From positions 59,892,001 to 59,956,000 of the forward strand of contig NC_047015.1 in the NCBI RefSeq assembly GCF_902652985.1: DNA of 64,000 nucleotides. Direction: 5' to 3'. Made by a program: the position numbers and the translations under genes. The DNA comes from Pecten maximus. Its lineage: Eukaryota. Positions 1-13,404 of the stretch are shown piece by piece (the stretch's first letter is position 1; every line of letters starts with the position of its first letter). Below the pieces are notes generated by a model. The model was given only the letters and a program-made list of their open reading frames with translations. It searched no databases and was not told the origin of the DNA.

Positions 1-872
1 TCAGGTGACATATCAATGTTACGATAAGTGTTGACTTTTTCTGACAGATAATTGATCATATTTTCAATAAGAATTATTTCATATCAATTTTTAATTCCAA
101 CATTTACTGTTTCTTCTCCCCAAACGACCACAAAAATCCTTGTTAAAAAAAAAATCAAATCTGATGTTGAGGACACTGCAGGAGTTTAAATAATTGAATG
201 TTCTGATGAGCAAATTGCTAATTAGTAATTACATGTATAAAGCCACTTTCTTCAAATTATTGTTTGGACAAATGAGAAAAAACATTATAAAATAGAATTC
301 TGCAGGATAGCTTTGAATAAACTTCCATAACACAAGAATTCCTCCCACAAACATTTCTAATTGTTCAAGCTAAAAATCCACTATGTTTTATAATATATTT
401 TCTATTGAAGGAAGGTATAAAGTTCCTCAAAATCCAATAAGATTTCATGTTTTTCTCCTGAAAAATGGATCAAATCATTTAAAATCTAATATTTGTCCTG
501 ATTTTACTATTAGTTATATGCTATTCCAGTAGAATATTAATGGAAGGACTCCAGGTTTGTCCATAAGAGACAACCCATCAAAAATGATTTAATCAAAATG
601 CTATCATTATATTATGATAAACTTCTATGTCTCCACCATAGATTTTCTTTATTTTCTCCCTTAGATATAATGGAATAGCCCTATCAAATTTGCTTATTTC
701 TGGATCCCCCCCCCCCCCCCCATTAGATATAATGGAATAGCTCTATCAAATTTGCTTATTTCTGGATCCCCCCCCCCCCCCCCCCCCCCCCCCCGTTTGA
801 TATACTGGAATAGCCCTATTATATTTGTTGCTCTTAAGTGAAGTCCTGTCTGTAAACCTCTCTGAGTGATGA

Positions 873-2526
873 CAGTGTTGCAGCTAGGTCGGGTTAGCAG
901 GGCGCGGCGCCCTGCCCCTAATTCAAAGTAAGAAATGCGCCCCGCCCCTTTTCCTGTAGTACTGCCCTTTTTCTAAGTGTCATTGATGCTCATTTTGCCT
1001 CGTATACTCTAGATCCGATTTGCTGAAGCCATGCAATATACAGTCAGCCAGTCAGTCACTAATTGGCCACCTGTAACACCAGTCCCCTTACCTGTAGACC
1101 TTTATCCACGGTACTGATGGACGCTGCCCGAGGCAGAGATCGGTCAGCTGGGGATCGAGCTGGTGTTTTATAGATTCATTTAACCGTTACGAGTCAATAG
1201 GATCGGTTGGTAATCCAATTAAATCATGATCACGAAGGCTTTTTGAAGATGGACAAAGTAATGATAATGGATGGAAATGTTGTTTTACTTATGTAAACAA
1301 CTTTTGACAAGACCGAAAAGAGCCGCACGTTTGTCGTAAAGTTATCCCATGAGCACGTGTGCAATTGGCGATCGATCTATATATCTTTGAAATTTTCTTC
1401 ATTTGACAACACGAAATCCTTCTGGTTTTAACCAAGCAAGTTTTAAGTAAATGATCATGAGATCACTTTCCAGTGATTTTCCAGTGATCAAAATTAGCTT
1501 TCGGTTGATTTTATTTGATGAAGTTTGGCGGGACGCCGGAAATGGTTCGTTGTAAATGCAGATGTCGCAAATTCCTTGTTGGATTGACAGATTTCTATAC
1601 AAAATGTTTATTTTTCATAAATAAATAAAGGACACATAAAAATATCTGCTTATGTGAATAATAGTTGCAAAAGTTTAGTTTATATTTTGTTATTTTCGTA
1701 TCTGAAATGCCGACTCTGCATTAACTGCGGGTCATGTGATAGCCAAGTGAACACGGGGACCGTTTGTTTACGAGAGCAACGGAACAAATGTTTGATCAGA
1801 AACTTGCGAATCATGATCGGCCCTTATTCGTTTACCATTTCTTATAATTAATTCAAGAAAATGTTAACTTGCTATAAATTCCTGATTTTAGTTTACCGTT
1901 ATTTCTAAAAAGTCTAAAGTGAAAGTAGAAATTTACCGCCGCTTACGTTACAAGATACATCGCAGTTATTTGGACGAAGTTTATTCAGATATTAAATAAT
2001 ATAATTTCTTTTACTTAATCATTTTTTTCTCGTATATGCTTGATCACCTTTTCTATTTTGCTCTATAATATCTTCACTTACAATTAGTCGTCTTACAATC
2101 ACAACGGACAGACTAACTTCTGGTTGAAAATATCGCTCTGTTGACTATAATCTGATAGTAACTTTTTGATTGGACGTAATTATCGTATTATATGGATTCT
2201 CTCAATACACCCTTAAATTGAAATAATGCTAATATCATTTTATTTTTGAATTACTCTAGGTCATAACTTTTACCATCAAAATTTAAAACAATATTTGAAG
2301 AATAAAGAGAAGAAAGAAGACATTTTTACACACAAACAAAATAATAAAAAAAAATCAACAGATTTCTATTTGTCTCTATGAATCAGGTCATATGTAATGC
2401 ATGGATGTACTTAAATTGTCCTGTAAAATAAGGTAGAAGATAGATAGGCCCGGAAAAAATGTCGCGCACAAAAATGCCCTTTTTTAGGCAGCGCCCTGCC
2501 CTTTTCAAATCCTAGCTGGAACACTG
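873..2526. mobile_element. Non-autonomous DNA transposon with hAT-like termini in a CCNF intron
   Basis: 16-bp TIR cagtgttgcagctagg/cctagctggaacactg; 5-bp TSD gatga; subterminal gcgccctgccc motifs. Confidence 0.85.
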
Positions 2527-2575
2527 GATGAGATATATTTCTACAGGTTTTTGTATCAATCATACTTTACTTTAC

Positions 2576-2760
2576 CTCCTCTATATATCTCTTCATGTGA
2601 GCAAACACCGTCTCTTTACAACAAGCTCCATTGAGTGACCATGGTGGACGGATAAAAAGCCACGAAAATGGGTCAGTTCCCGGTGTGAGGCTCTCGACCT
2701 TACAGAACATGTCCGCAGCCTTCTCGCCATTGTTGGTCACTCGGCGGTCATCCTCAGGTA
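2576..2760 (-). CDS. CCNF: CCNF exon 5
   Basis: NGEKAADMF...FSWLFIRPPWSLNGACCK. Confidence 0.9.
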
Positions 2761-5700
2761 CTGTAGATATATATAGTAAGATTTTACCATTGAAACAATG
2801 AAATTTTATCCAAAATTTGGAACTTCATACATTTGTCGTAAACTTGTAACATTGTACATTTGTCGTAAACTTGTAACATTGTATATTTGTCGTAAACTTG
2901 TAACATTGTACATTTGTCGTAAACTTGTAACATTGTACATTTGTCGTAAACTTGTAACATTGTACATTTGTCGTAAACTTGTAACATTGTACATTTGTCG
3001 TAAACTTGTAACATTGTACATTTGTCGTAAACTGCGTAAAGCAGAGTCTACATATCACTAATAATACCTTATTTTTCCATAATGAAGAGGCAAGAATTAC
3101 CTCATGAATCATAAGAGATGAAAATTAATGTTCTAAATTCGATAGGTGGTAACTTACATCCTTCATTATACAGGTAGGCAATGGCTAGTTTGATTAAAGC
3201 TTCTATATTTCCACAGTTTGCAGCCCTGAAAAAAACAAGAGCAATACCATTATAGAAAATATCTGTTGTTGATGAAACTGACAATATTGTACATTATACA
3301 ATCTATTTATCTAGTTCTAGGTTTATTTCACTTACTCAAATGTTCACCCTACAAAACTGACAAAGTAACATCAAAGTAAAACGCAATCATTAAACTTGTG
3401 TCATGTTCCCCCAATCAGAACAAAATAGCAAGAGATTTTAGATTACAATTAATTGTCGATTCAAAAAACAAACTTTTTCATCTTGCATTTATGCTGTCAT
3501 GAATGCAAAATCATTACATTCATATCAACTTGTCCTCATGCACATTTGTGGATCAATTTGAAATGAAAACATTTTATAACCAAGTTAGGGTTAGGGTTAT
3601 TTCAATTCTACAATTTATATGTCGCTGACAGACCGCCTTTAATCACACTTACTGTTCAAAATGGTGGAGGTTGTTACACATTGGCCAGTTATCTTGGAAA
3701 CTTGCCATCGCCCAGATGGGTGAGTTGTCGTCTATTACGTCACGAAAGTAGGGGTGTACCTTTAAATGATAACAGTAATTAAAATAAGTTAACAATATTT
3801 ATCATAACATTTTGAATTCAGTTTGTCTCATAATTTCCCAAAAAGTTGTATATCAAAGTTGGAGAGGAAATATGTTTGTCATGATTCTCAAGAATTGTTA
3901 TTGATAACAAATTACTCTCATTATTTTTACCTGTGTGATGTAGCTAATATTTACATTTTTACCTGTGTGATGTAGCTAATATTTACATTTTCACCTGTGT
4001 GATGTAGCTAATATTTACATTTTTACCTGTGTGATGTAGCTAATATTTACATTTTTACCTGTGTAATACGTATTACATGAGGTTTAATTTGGTTGAAGCT
4101 GTGTAATACGTACTACATGTGAAGGTTTAATTTAGTTGAAGCTGTGTAATACGTACTACATGAGGTTTAATTTAGTTGAAGCTGTGTAATACGTACTACA
4201 TGTGAAGGTTTAATTTGGTTGAAGCTGTGTAATACGTACTACATGTGAAGGTTTAATTTGGTTGAAGCTGTGTAATACGTACTACATGAGGTTTAATTTG
4301 GTTGAAGCTGTGTAATACGTACTACATGTGAAGGTTTAACTTGGTTGAAGCTGTGTAATACGTACTACATGAGGTTTAATTTAGCTGAAGCTGTGTAATA
4401 CGTACTACATGAGGTTTAATTTGGTTGAAGCTGTGTAATACGTACTACATGTGAAGGTTTAACTTGGTTGAAGCTGTGTAATACGTACTACATGTGAAGG
4501 TTTAATTTGGCTGAAGCTGTGTAATACGTACTACATGTGAAGGTTTAATTTGGTTGAAGCTGTGTAATACGTATTACATGTGAAGGTTTAATTTGGTTGA
4601 AGCTGTGTAATACGTATTACATGTGAAGGTTTAATTTGGTTGAAGCTGTGTAATACGTATTACATGTGAAGGTTTAATTTGGTTGAAGCTGTGTAACTAA
4701 TACGTATTACATGAGGTTTAATTTGGTTGAAGCTGTGTAATACGTACTACATGTGAAGGTTTAATTTGGCTGAAGCTGTGTAATACGTACTACATGTGAA
4801 GGTTTAATTTGGTTGAAGCTGTGTAATACGTATTACATGTGAAGGTTTAATTTGGTTGAAGCTGTGTAATACGTATTACATGTGAAGGTTTAATTTGGTT
4901 GAAGCTGTGTAATACGTATTACATGTGAAGGTTTAATTTGGTTGAAGCTGTGTAACTAATACGTATTACATGAGGTTTAATTTGGTTGAAGCTGTGTAAT
5001 ACGTACTACATATGAAGGTTTAATTTGGTTGAAGCTGTGTAATACGTACTACATGTGAAGGTTTAATTTGGTTGAAGCTGTGTAATACGTACTACATGTG
5101 AAGGTTTAACTTGGTTGAAGCTGTGTAATACGTACTACATGTGAAGGTTTAATTTGGTTGAAGCTGTGTAATATGTACTACACGCGAAGGTTTATTTGGT
5201 TGAAGCTGTGTAATATGTACTACACGCGAAGGTTTGATTTGGTTGAAGCTATGTAATACATACCGTCCTCATATTAAGGATGTCCCGGACGTGGAGGCCT
5301 TTGAGGATAAGAAGGAGGACTTCCTCTGGGAGATTCCATATCGTCAGTTGATTGTGTTTACGAGGACGCAGCTGCATATGCATGTGGACAGGTATAAATG
5401 TGTTTGGTGACTTTTGTAGTTTACTGAGGGCGGATAGCACTGTAAGGAACAAAATATCATCAATCTGTAGATATAGGATCTGATCACATCAATTACATCA
5501 AAGACAGTTAAAAGTTTGTGTTACAGATACATTCTCAAAATTAGATTCTATTAAAGCAGGAGATTAAATAGTTCACAAATAATTTAATACCATCCGACGG
5601 ATTATTGACTTTAATATTTCTTAAGACAAGTAATCACTGGTTATGAGTTGTCCGTACTACTACCATGAAAATTTATTCCAGGTTTGATTGAAAACATTGA

Positions 5701-6983
5701 TACTTTTTGAGAAACTAAGCTAAACACGTCACTTTAAAGTCCAAGCATCCCTAAATACCAGAGTCAAATGGACAATAAATTCTGGATGATATTCCGTAAA
5801 TGAAGGCTGTGTTGAGATGTTTGGTTTGGTTTGGTTAATTTTATTTAACGTCCTATTAACAGCTTAAGTCATTTAAGGACGGCCTCCCGTGCGTGCGACA
5901 TACATGCGTGTGGTGAGTGCGTATGTGTGTTTTGGGAGGCTGCGGTATGTTCATGTTAAGTCTCCTTGTGATAGGCCGGAACTTTTGCCGATTTATAGTG
6001 CTACCTCACTGAAGCATACTGCAGAACACTCCCAGGACACCCCACCCGGTCACATAATACTGACAACAGGCGAACCAGTCGTCCCACTCCTTGGTATTGA
6101 GATGTCTACTATGTGATCTAACTACAAAGTTTGGCTAAAGTTGGATATACTTTTTGAGCGACTGCTCTAAACATAAATCTTGAAGTGAAATGTTGACAAT
6201 CACCAGAAAAGTACCATCATTATTTTGCTGCAGACGTCACAAGACAACAAATATCATTCAGGGTACAATTTAAAAGTTAGAAAATATACGACTAGACGAC
6301 TACAATAGACTTCTGTATCCTGGGGTTTACTTTAAGTTGATAAAATTTGTTTGTGGCACTGGAGAGAGTGTCTGATTTTATCTAAGTGACCATCACTTAG
6401 GGATTTAAACTGATGTCTCACCCAATAACAAGTCAAACAAAACAAAAATCACTACTTAGGTATTAAATAAATCTTATAAAGTTTAGAACTGTATTTCGCA
6501 TATATGTGATCTGGACAGATGTTGCACTTAAAAATATTATTATAAAAAAACTATTTGCATTACATATCATTCATTGCTATTGTGATTTATGAAGTTTATG
6601 ATTTCTTCATTCTCACTGCTACTTTCATTATACATGTATGCAGAGAGCTCAACAACAAAGCTGACAAAAACTCAAGTCAGGGTCCTCAACTGGATCATGA
6701 AAATTTCCATTTATCTAAATTAAATCCAAAATGGTAAAAGAAATCATGCACATAATTTCCCATTCCCATCCAACACAACATGTTAAGTTTAATATCAATA
6801 TCAACAAACCTGCTATCACAGCTAACAAGAAACACTAGGCCCTAACCTAACGCCGTCAATTTGACAGATGTCTGAACATGTCGGTTTGACGTCCTCAACA
6901 ATATGCCAAAATTCTACTGTGTAATAAAATCCTTGGCGTTAAACATTGTTTACACCATACTTACAGAAAGAAACGAAACTCAT
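2576..6983 (-). CDS. CCNF: Cyclin F (F-box cyclin), 5' part; gene continues beyond the left edge
   Basis: Exons 6983-6965, 5439-5264, 3759-3653, 3225-3158 and 2760-2576 join in phase at GT-AG sites. Translation gives an F-box (LTIWNLPEEVLLLILKGL), AANCGNIEALIKLAIAYLYNEG and FSWLFIRPPWSLNGACCK, matching cyclin F motifs as recalled. Confidence 0.93.
2826..3033. repeat. 27-bp minisatellite, about 8 copies
   Basis: tacatttgtcgtaaacttgtaacattg. Confidence 0.95.
3158..3225 (-). CDS. CCNF: CCNF exon 4
   Basis: AANCGNIEALIKLAIAYLYNEG. Confidence 0.92.
3653..3759 (-). CDS. CCNF: CCNF exon 3
   Basis: VHPYFRDVIDDNSPIWAMASFQDNWP; ag acceptor, GTAAGT donor. Confidence 0.9.
3924..5262. repeat. 33-bp array (x4) followed by a 40/43-bp array (about 28 copies) that abuts the CCNF exon 2 donor
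   Basis: gaagctgtgtaatacgtactacatgtgaaggtttaatttggtt. Confidence 0.95.
5264..5439 (-). CDS. CCNF: CCNF exon 2 (F-box)
   Basis: cag acceptor, ACG|GTATGT donor, F-box motif. Confidence 0.9.
5818..6092 (-). mobile_element. 5'-truncated SINE with a Meta-domain-like core
   Basis: Core gactggttcg...ttcagtgaggtagcactataaa resembles bivalve SINE cores as recalled; (CCAAA)n tail. Confidence 0.6.
6965..6983 (-). CDS. CCNF: CCNF coding exon 1 (MSFVSF)
   Basis: ATG ... T|GTAAGT; phase 1 matches exon 2. Confidence 0.65.
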
Positions 6984-7059
6984 GATTTCCTTAATATCTT
7001 CCGTGTTTCCATGAATTATTCTCGGACAGAATGAAGAAACGTCAAACTAGGGCCATACT

Positions 7060-7195
7060 AGCCTACCTTCAAACACCTCTTCGATACAACATATGCTTAT
7101 TCTATTTTTAGTACCTACAAGGGCATTCCCGACGATGATTGGTTCAAAATGTAAACAAGCGTATACATGTCAAACCGTAGAACCAATCAAATTCC
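7060..7195 (-). promoter_or_regulatory. Putative CCNF cell-cycle promoter (CHR and CCAAT boxes)
   Basis: TTTGAA on the minus strand at 7068-7073 and 7143-7148. CCAAT boxes at 7138-7142 and 7183-7187. GTAAACAA at 7151-7158. All lie just upstream of exon 1. Confidence 0.5.
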
Positions 7196-8974
7196 GTGTC
7201 AAAAACATGTCCGTGGAATGTCAGTGAACATGTTAATTTAATTTAAGTCTATTACATGTCTGAACATATATATGCCTATTATTGATAGTTTTGTTATCGG
7301 ATACAGTATGCAAATCAATATGCCGTAAGCAAACGACAGTCTAACGGGTTTCTGCTCGCTGGATGCAACAGGTAATGTCAGGTGCCGGGATTCCCCATAT
7401 ATCCGAGGTCGATTTGAAATACAGTACGGAAATATTTGCTAGAATACAGCTATATTAAAAATGTGAAGACTTCGATAACTTATCCATCACCAAAATTTAA
7501 AAATTTGTTTCGTTATATGATATCTGACGAGACAAATTCTATGTTAGGCCTACTTCAGATGTCCTGTACAGCATCGCTTTTAAAATTTACAACGCTCAAC
7601 CGTTTGTCTGATGCGACTTCAAACATTTTTGTTACACACACGGCTCAAATCAGGCAGAATTCTACGCCTACTGTAGAACAACCTCGGTTAAGCCCATAAC
7701 ATACGTTTAAACATTGTTGTTTTTCATCAGTTTTAATACGTTTAATAGAAGACTTGAATTAAAATGAAAGGGACAAATCAGATAGACAGTTTGTGGGCGG
7801 GACAACATATCGGTTCGTCGAGAAGTTAAAATATAAATTGGGGCAATGCTAAAACAAACATACTCATACTGTCCACGAAAGACAATATTACTGAGGTTAG
7901 AATATCTACACAAGAAATGGTCCCTATCTGAGACCGTAGACTTGGAAAAGCAAGAGTTCGAACATCTTTGAGACTTCAAATAAACCGCCCATCATCTGGG
8001 CCTGAAACCGTTAGGCCAAGTTATATTTCATCAAACCAAATTCAGCACAAAAATCGTTATAACCTACATTCAACCTAAAATATGTACATACCTTTCATTT
8101 CTGTTCGTAAGCTGTTTAAAAAAATATCTAATTCATTTAGAGAAGCGATAATGAATTGACAACAGCAACCGGCCTGAGAAACTGCTACCCAATGTTATGG
8201 AGTCGACTGAGCCATGCAGGAAAGCCTCGTGCTGATTGGTCAATCTCCCTGTCGTTTGTAAACGATAGGATGTGAGTTACCTCCTCTTGCCATTGATAAC
8301 GGTCTGGGCGCAAATAACAACCGAGCTGACTGGGGTGTCAGTCAAGTTAGGGAAGTAAGACATTGTATATTTAATGTACTACCATAACTCACGGTTATAT
8401 ACACATATAGTTCTCTATAGATTTATGTTAATTTAGAATTTAACAAAATAATATCTATAGTAGAAATATATAATGTACTTTATATCCCAATTACCCGATT
8501 TTGAGATGTATAAATTGGCCAGTTGTTTTATCATATAATACATTGTACATTACTGCATCATTAAGAAAGGACCTACCGAACCTCTGAGATTTGAATTATA
8601 AAAAACGGTGATTGACTAATTGCCAAATAAAGTGTTAAGCTATATTTGCATAAAATAAAGTCCAAATCTAATTGCACGACTGTAGTATTTTTAAATTAAA
8701 CAAAATTAAATAACTTTCATATAATTGATTCTTTTTTAATATAACAGACATCTTTAAATACTGATACTTTATGTTCATATAGACTATTATTATTTCACTT
8801 TTTCTTTGTCATTTTTTGACAATGAAAATATGTGTTTACAGGTTCATCAAGCCCAAAAAATAGATTTTAAAATCAAAAACAATAGATTTCGAGAATGTTT
8901 TATGTTAAATATATATATACTTGTATCGTGTATTATATACTTTATGTTTACGCCCATCTCCTTGATGTAATGTA

Positions 8975-9100
8975 TAATGACTGTGTCCCCCGGGGGTCAG
9001 TACCGGGGCCCTTATACTTCCTGATTTATATCAACAACAGCTCAACTTCACTTTCCCCATTACCTCGCGATCGTCTTAACAAAGATTTGAAAACTGTCTG
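8975..9100 (+). pseudogene. Degenerate LINE RT fragment
   Basis: VPRGSVPGPLYFLIYIN resembles PQGSVLGPLLFLIYIND. Confidence 0.55.
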
Positions 9101-10594
9101 ATGTCACTCATTTCGAAAAATAACAAATCATTATTGTCTCCAACAGAGACCTCTGTCTCCAATAACGATTTTACACCTTCTCTACGGTATATATTCTACC
9201 CCAACCAGAGACTTGTCTCTGACCCCAACGAAACCGTATAGAACTGTCACAATCTTGATACGGGACGAACTCTTACTGCTAGTCCTATGTGTGAATCAAA
9301 TGAAACCAACAAGCATTATCTATTTATAAACTCATTAATTTATTGTCGTTGTTTACTTAATTGCCAAATTCTACGTTAATAAGATAGAATGTCTATCACT
9401 AGATGACGTACCGTTTATCTTAAATTATATGGTACATGTATATGTAATTAATTTTCAGATTAATATTTAACCAAACTTCGCTCCTCATTGCTTGTCGTTA
9501 TTTGTCACTAAAAAGGTTTGTGATTTTACCATAGATACAAACGCCAACTGTTTTTATTGGGGTGCTAATTTCGCCACTAATGATATAACTGTAATTAGGT
9601 TTCCTAGGGGATCAGATTAGGCCACAGTGGTTAAGACCACGCATAAATGGAAGTCAATGAACCATGACGTGTGCATTCGTAAATATAACCACAAACAAAA
9701 TACGAGATTCCTTTAGATTTTTTTTCACAAAAAAAGAAAAAGAAAAAAAAAGGCAACCTTAGAGACTAACCAGATCTCGGGTTTCCAGACTTGGATACTC
9801 CAGAGACATATATATATAGATGTCTCTGGATATTCTGACAAAGAGATGCCATTTCATCTGTGTTTCAATTTCGAACATTTTTTATTGTTAACACAACAAA
9901 TATAAAAAGACATTTGAAATGGTACATATTACAGTAAAGTATTGGCATTCTGCTGTGCATGGTTGTATACTTTGTCCGATATTAGCACGCTTATACCTCA
10001 ACTTAATTGGCGGAGATCTACATGTATTAGGACAATAGGTATTATTGTCAATCATTCCGCCTTTTATCAATCCAATTTTCATTCCTTGGGTCATTCGGTC
10101 CATAAGTGAGAATAATAACATGTGAAACATAATGTCCTCAGCTTATTTTAGATACCGTACATATAAAAAAATATAAAGTTCAGGAGTGACCCGAGGAAGG
10201 ATCTTTAAAGAAAGTGTTTTTGTGGACAATGGATAAGTGATGTGTATTGGATGTGTAGCTAGAATGTGTCATGCATTAGTTTTTAATTAGTTTTAATCAA
10301 GTGTATTTAAAGATATATATTGTGTACATCGTTTATGAACCCTAATTTGTAGTATATCCTAATGTAGCAACATTCGTCTTACTCTTAGACCTCTAGATCT
10401 GTCTTTATTCCTGTCGTTCTTCTTTGCTGTTTTAAATATCTAAGTACATTACATTGCATACAATACAAAATAAAAGGAAAATAGAATCAAGGGTTTAAGA
10501 TACTTATATAAATTTATCACCTATAAATAAATAAGCAATTGCTTTTTTGATAATCATTATAAGTATACTGTGTCGCTATCACAATCTTTGTAAT

Positions 10595-10680
10595 ATGTAT
10601 TTGTGGAGAGGGCTTTTATAAGTTGTTAAAAACTTCCAATCCAATTGTGTCTGAACAATAAAATATGTTGAAGTCAAATG
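10595..10680 (+). mobile_element. 3' tail remnant of a CR1/L2-group LINE
   Basis: ggagagggc..ataagttg..aaaactt..ccaatcc..caataaaatatgtt resembles the 3' end of the element at 55730. Confidence 0.5.
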
Positions 10681-13404
10681 AAAAAGTATAACAAAATAAC
10701 TTTGGACCTATCCTATGTTATTATAAAATACAGTCGACATGTCTATAATATACTAATTACTATCTGACTTTGTTGGCTTCATATAGATATCTGGCTAACT
10801 CATCAGATCATATCATATAATCTGTCGTCTTTGCAACCTGAACGAAATAGGAAACGAGTTCCATTATTTATTTAATTGTAGCGATCAACAAATATCATTA
10901 AATAGGACAAAATATATACAGACATGTATCTAGATACTATTATGAAAGACCCAGCACATTCAAGTTTAATACCCTTTTTAATTTTGTAGTAGATGATGAA
11001 TTGAAATCACTTGTGAAATTAATAAATCAAATAAGTATACGACTCAACACTATTTAAAATATATTGATTTATGTTCTAATCATTTAAACTTTGAGATAAA
11101 TACGAATTTTCATTAATCAAACATTGTTGATATTACATTTTTACTTGGACAAACTTTTGAACCGTTAAATCAGTTTTGATTTATTTGGTGTCGATATTAA
11201 ATCTCTGACCGTTCTGTTAACCGATGGAATCTCCAACCTCAACCAAAAGCCTTCCTACCAACAGAAAACTGAAGTGATTTAACAGAGAGCGTGTAAATGT
11301 TAACAGAGAGAAATCATTTACAAGGGCGTTGACACCAGATCACCAATACCTGGGCTGGGTCCCTGGTCAGCCGATAGCGTACAGTATCGATATGAAACTG
11401 AGGGCCTGTGTCGCTGGGTTATCAACTGACCACCTTTGTTTATGATTGAAATATATTCCATTGTAATTAAACAGAAGGATTGGACACACGTTACACCAAG
11501 TCATAGTATGTTTATAAACAACTGTACAACACGTATACTGACCACACTTCCCGTCCATACTACTTATCTCTGAAATAATGTGGACGCTCTTGACCACCCC
11601 ACTCAAGATTCACATACCAGCTAGCTGTATTTAAACAGCGTTCCACGACGTTATTTTTGGATGGCGAGGTGATGATAAACTGTGTAGGATATATTTTCAT
11701 TTTCAAGTTGTAGATCGACAACTAAGGTCCATGCGTTGACCATATAGAATTATTATATAATTATACACCCCTGACAAAACACATGTTCCGGGCCGATTAA
11801 CACGTATAGCAGGTATTGAACGATTGTCGTCAAAACAAAATATAAAAAAATTGGTCGGTCAATAATAAATCCCAAAGTTGGTCACACCTGACTGACCAGT
11901 CTGGACACGTGTTGACCGTTAGTGACACCCCACAGTGACAGTTAGGCTCCCCGGGGTGTAAGTGATGATGGGACTACCAAACACTGCCCCGGGCTGTATT
12001 GTACGTCACAACAAACCGCTTCACAGGTATAATGGTAAGTCTGGACACGTGGCGCCTTGTTTAGTGGCCAATGTATACAATGCCATTAGACAATACCGAT
12101 CGATGTGTTTTCAGAGTGTTCGCGATCTCGCCAATCAAGCTCTGACATGTACTACTGCCTAGGAGGTGTTCACGTACCCAAGTACACCCCGCCCCGCCCC
12201 ACCCACCCATCCTCCAACAAAACACTGATGTGTCCACGTACCCACATGGTTTTTTTTTTCTGGTTGATTTCAATAAACAATCCTTTATTTTTGGATTGCT
12301 ATCTTTAACTCCATTTCATAGAAAGCTGACAACGAAATACTTCTTATCAAATTTACAGAATGAAATGCCTCAGAAAATCTCTCAATATAGATAGTCTTAT
12401 TATTACTATGAAAAAAAATCAAATATCTCTAAATGTGGGCAAAGACTAAAAGAGATGCCGAATAACTCAAACAAATATCTGTAAATGTGCAAAGGACTGA
12501 AAGAAATGCTGGAGAACTAAACAATTATCTCTAAATGTGGACAAAGACTAAAAGAGATGCTGGAGAACTCTAAACAAACATCTCTAAATGTGAGTAAATT
12601 GAGTCGAAATATCTAAAGAGTACATGAATAGATTAAGTCCAGAAACATATTTACTTTACGTAATAAGGAACTCGACATTCAAGACTCGTTTTCATATGTG
12701 GGTGTTCCTCTTAATTACAATGGTAGTTTTGCCGCGGGGGAAAAATCGGCCATCTGAGCAAGTCCGAAAGACGGCACTTTTCGTGGTGTATTTAAAACTA
12801 AGAAATATTGATTTACCTTTTGATTTGAAATTTAGATTATGTTATACTCATGTAAAATATGCGGTTATAATAACTTCCTTCTTCTTAACAAAATTAATTT
12901 CCTACAGTTCCGTAAGAGAATTCTGGGTTGAAGGAACTTGAAGCACAACCAACTTTATTGGTTTATGGAGAAAGTGGAAGATATCCTGTATATAATAGGT
13001 TATCTGGTACGATAACGGTCAGGATACGGTGTAAATAACGCGTGACAGAACATGGAGGCTACAGCAGCAGAACTTGTCGTTTACGTGATGATGATATCGA
13101 GAATGAGTTCTTGTAATGACAGGATGTCCCGTTAACGAGGATATAAGCGAAACCCTATTTATTAAACTAGTAATTAAATATTGACGCTAATTTTAATCGG
13201 TTTAGTCAGGGACATATAATATATCTTATTAAATATGTTCCTGGTTTAGTAACGTTTAGAAGCTGTATTATGTTCTTTCCAACAGGCACTGTGTTAAATT
13301 CGGTGTCAATTTATGCCCTGTGTGATATTTTGAATCGCCGAAAATTCTTTTAATGTACCATTGTTTTACTTTCTGCAGACTTATATTTTTTAAATTGGTG
13401 TACA

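Noticed and set aside
660-830. Poly-C runs in a short tandem duplication (similar runs near 27990, 52210 and 60935) as G-quadruplex elements
   Set aside because: Common homopolymers with unreliable lengths; no further support
2784-3112. Repetitive ORFs in four frames
   Set aside because: Products of a 27-bp intronic minisatellite
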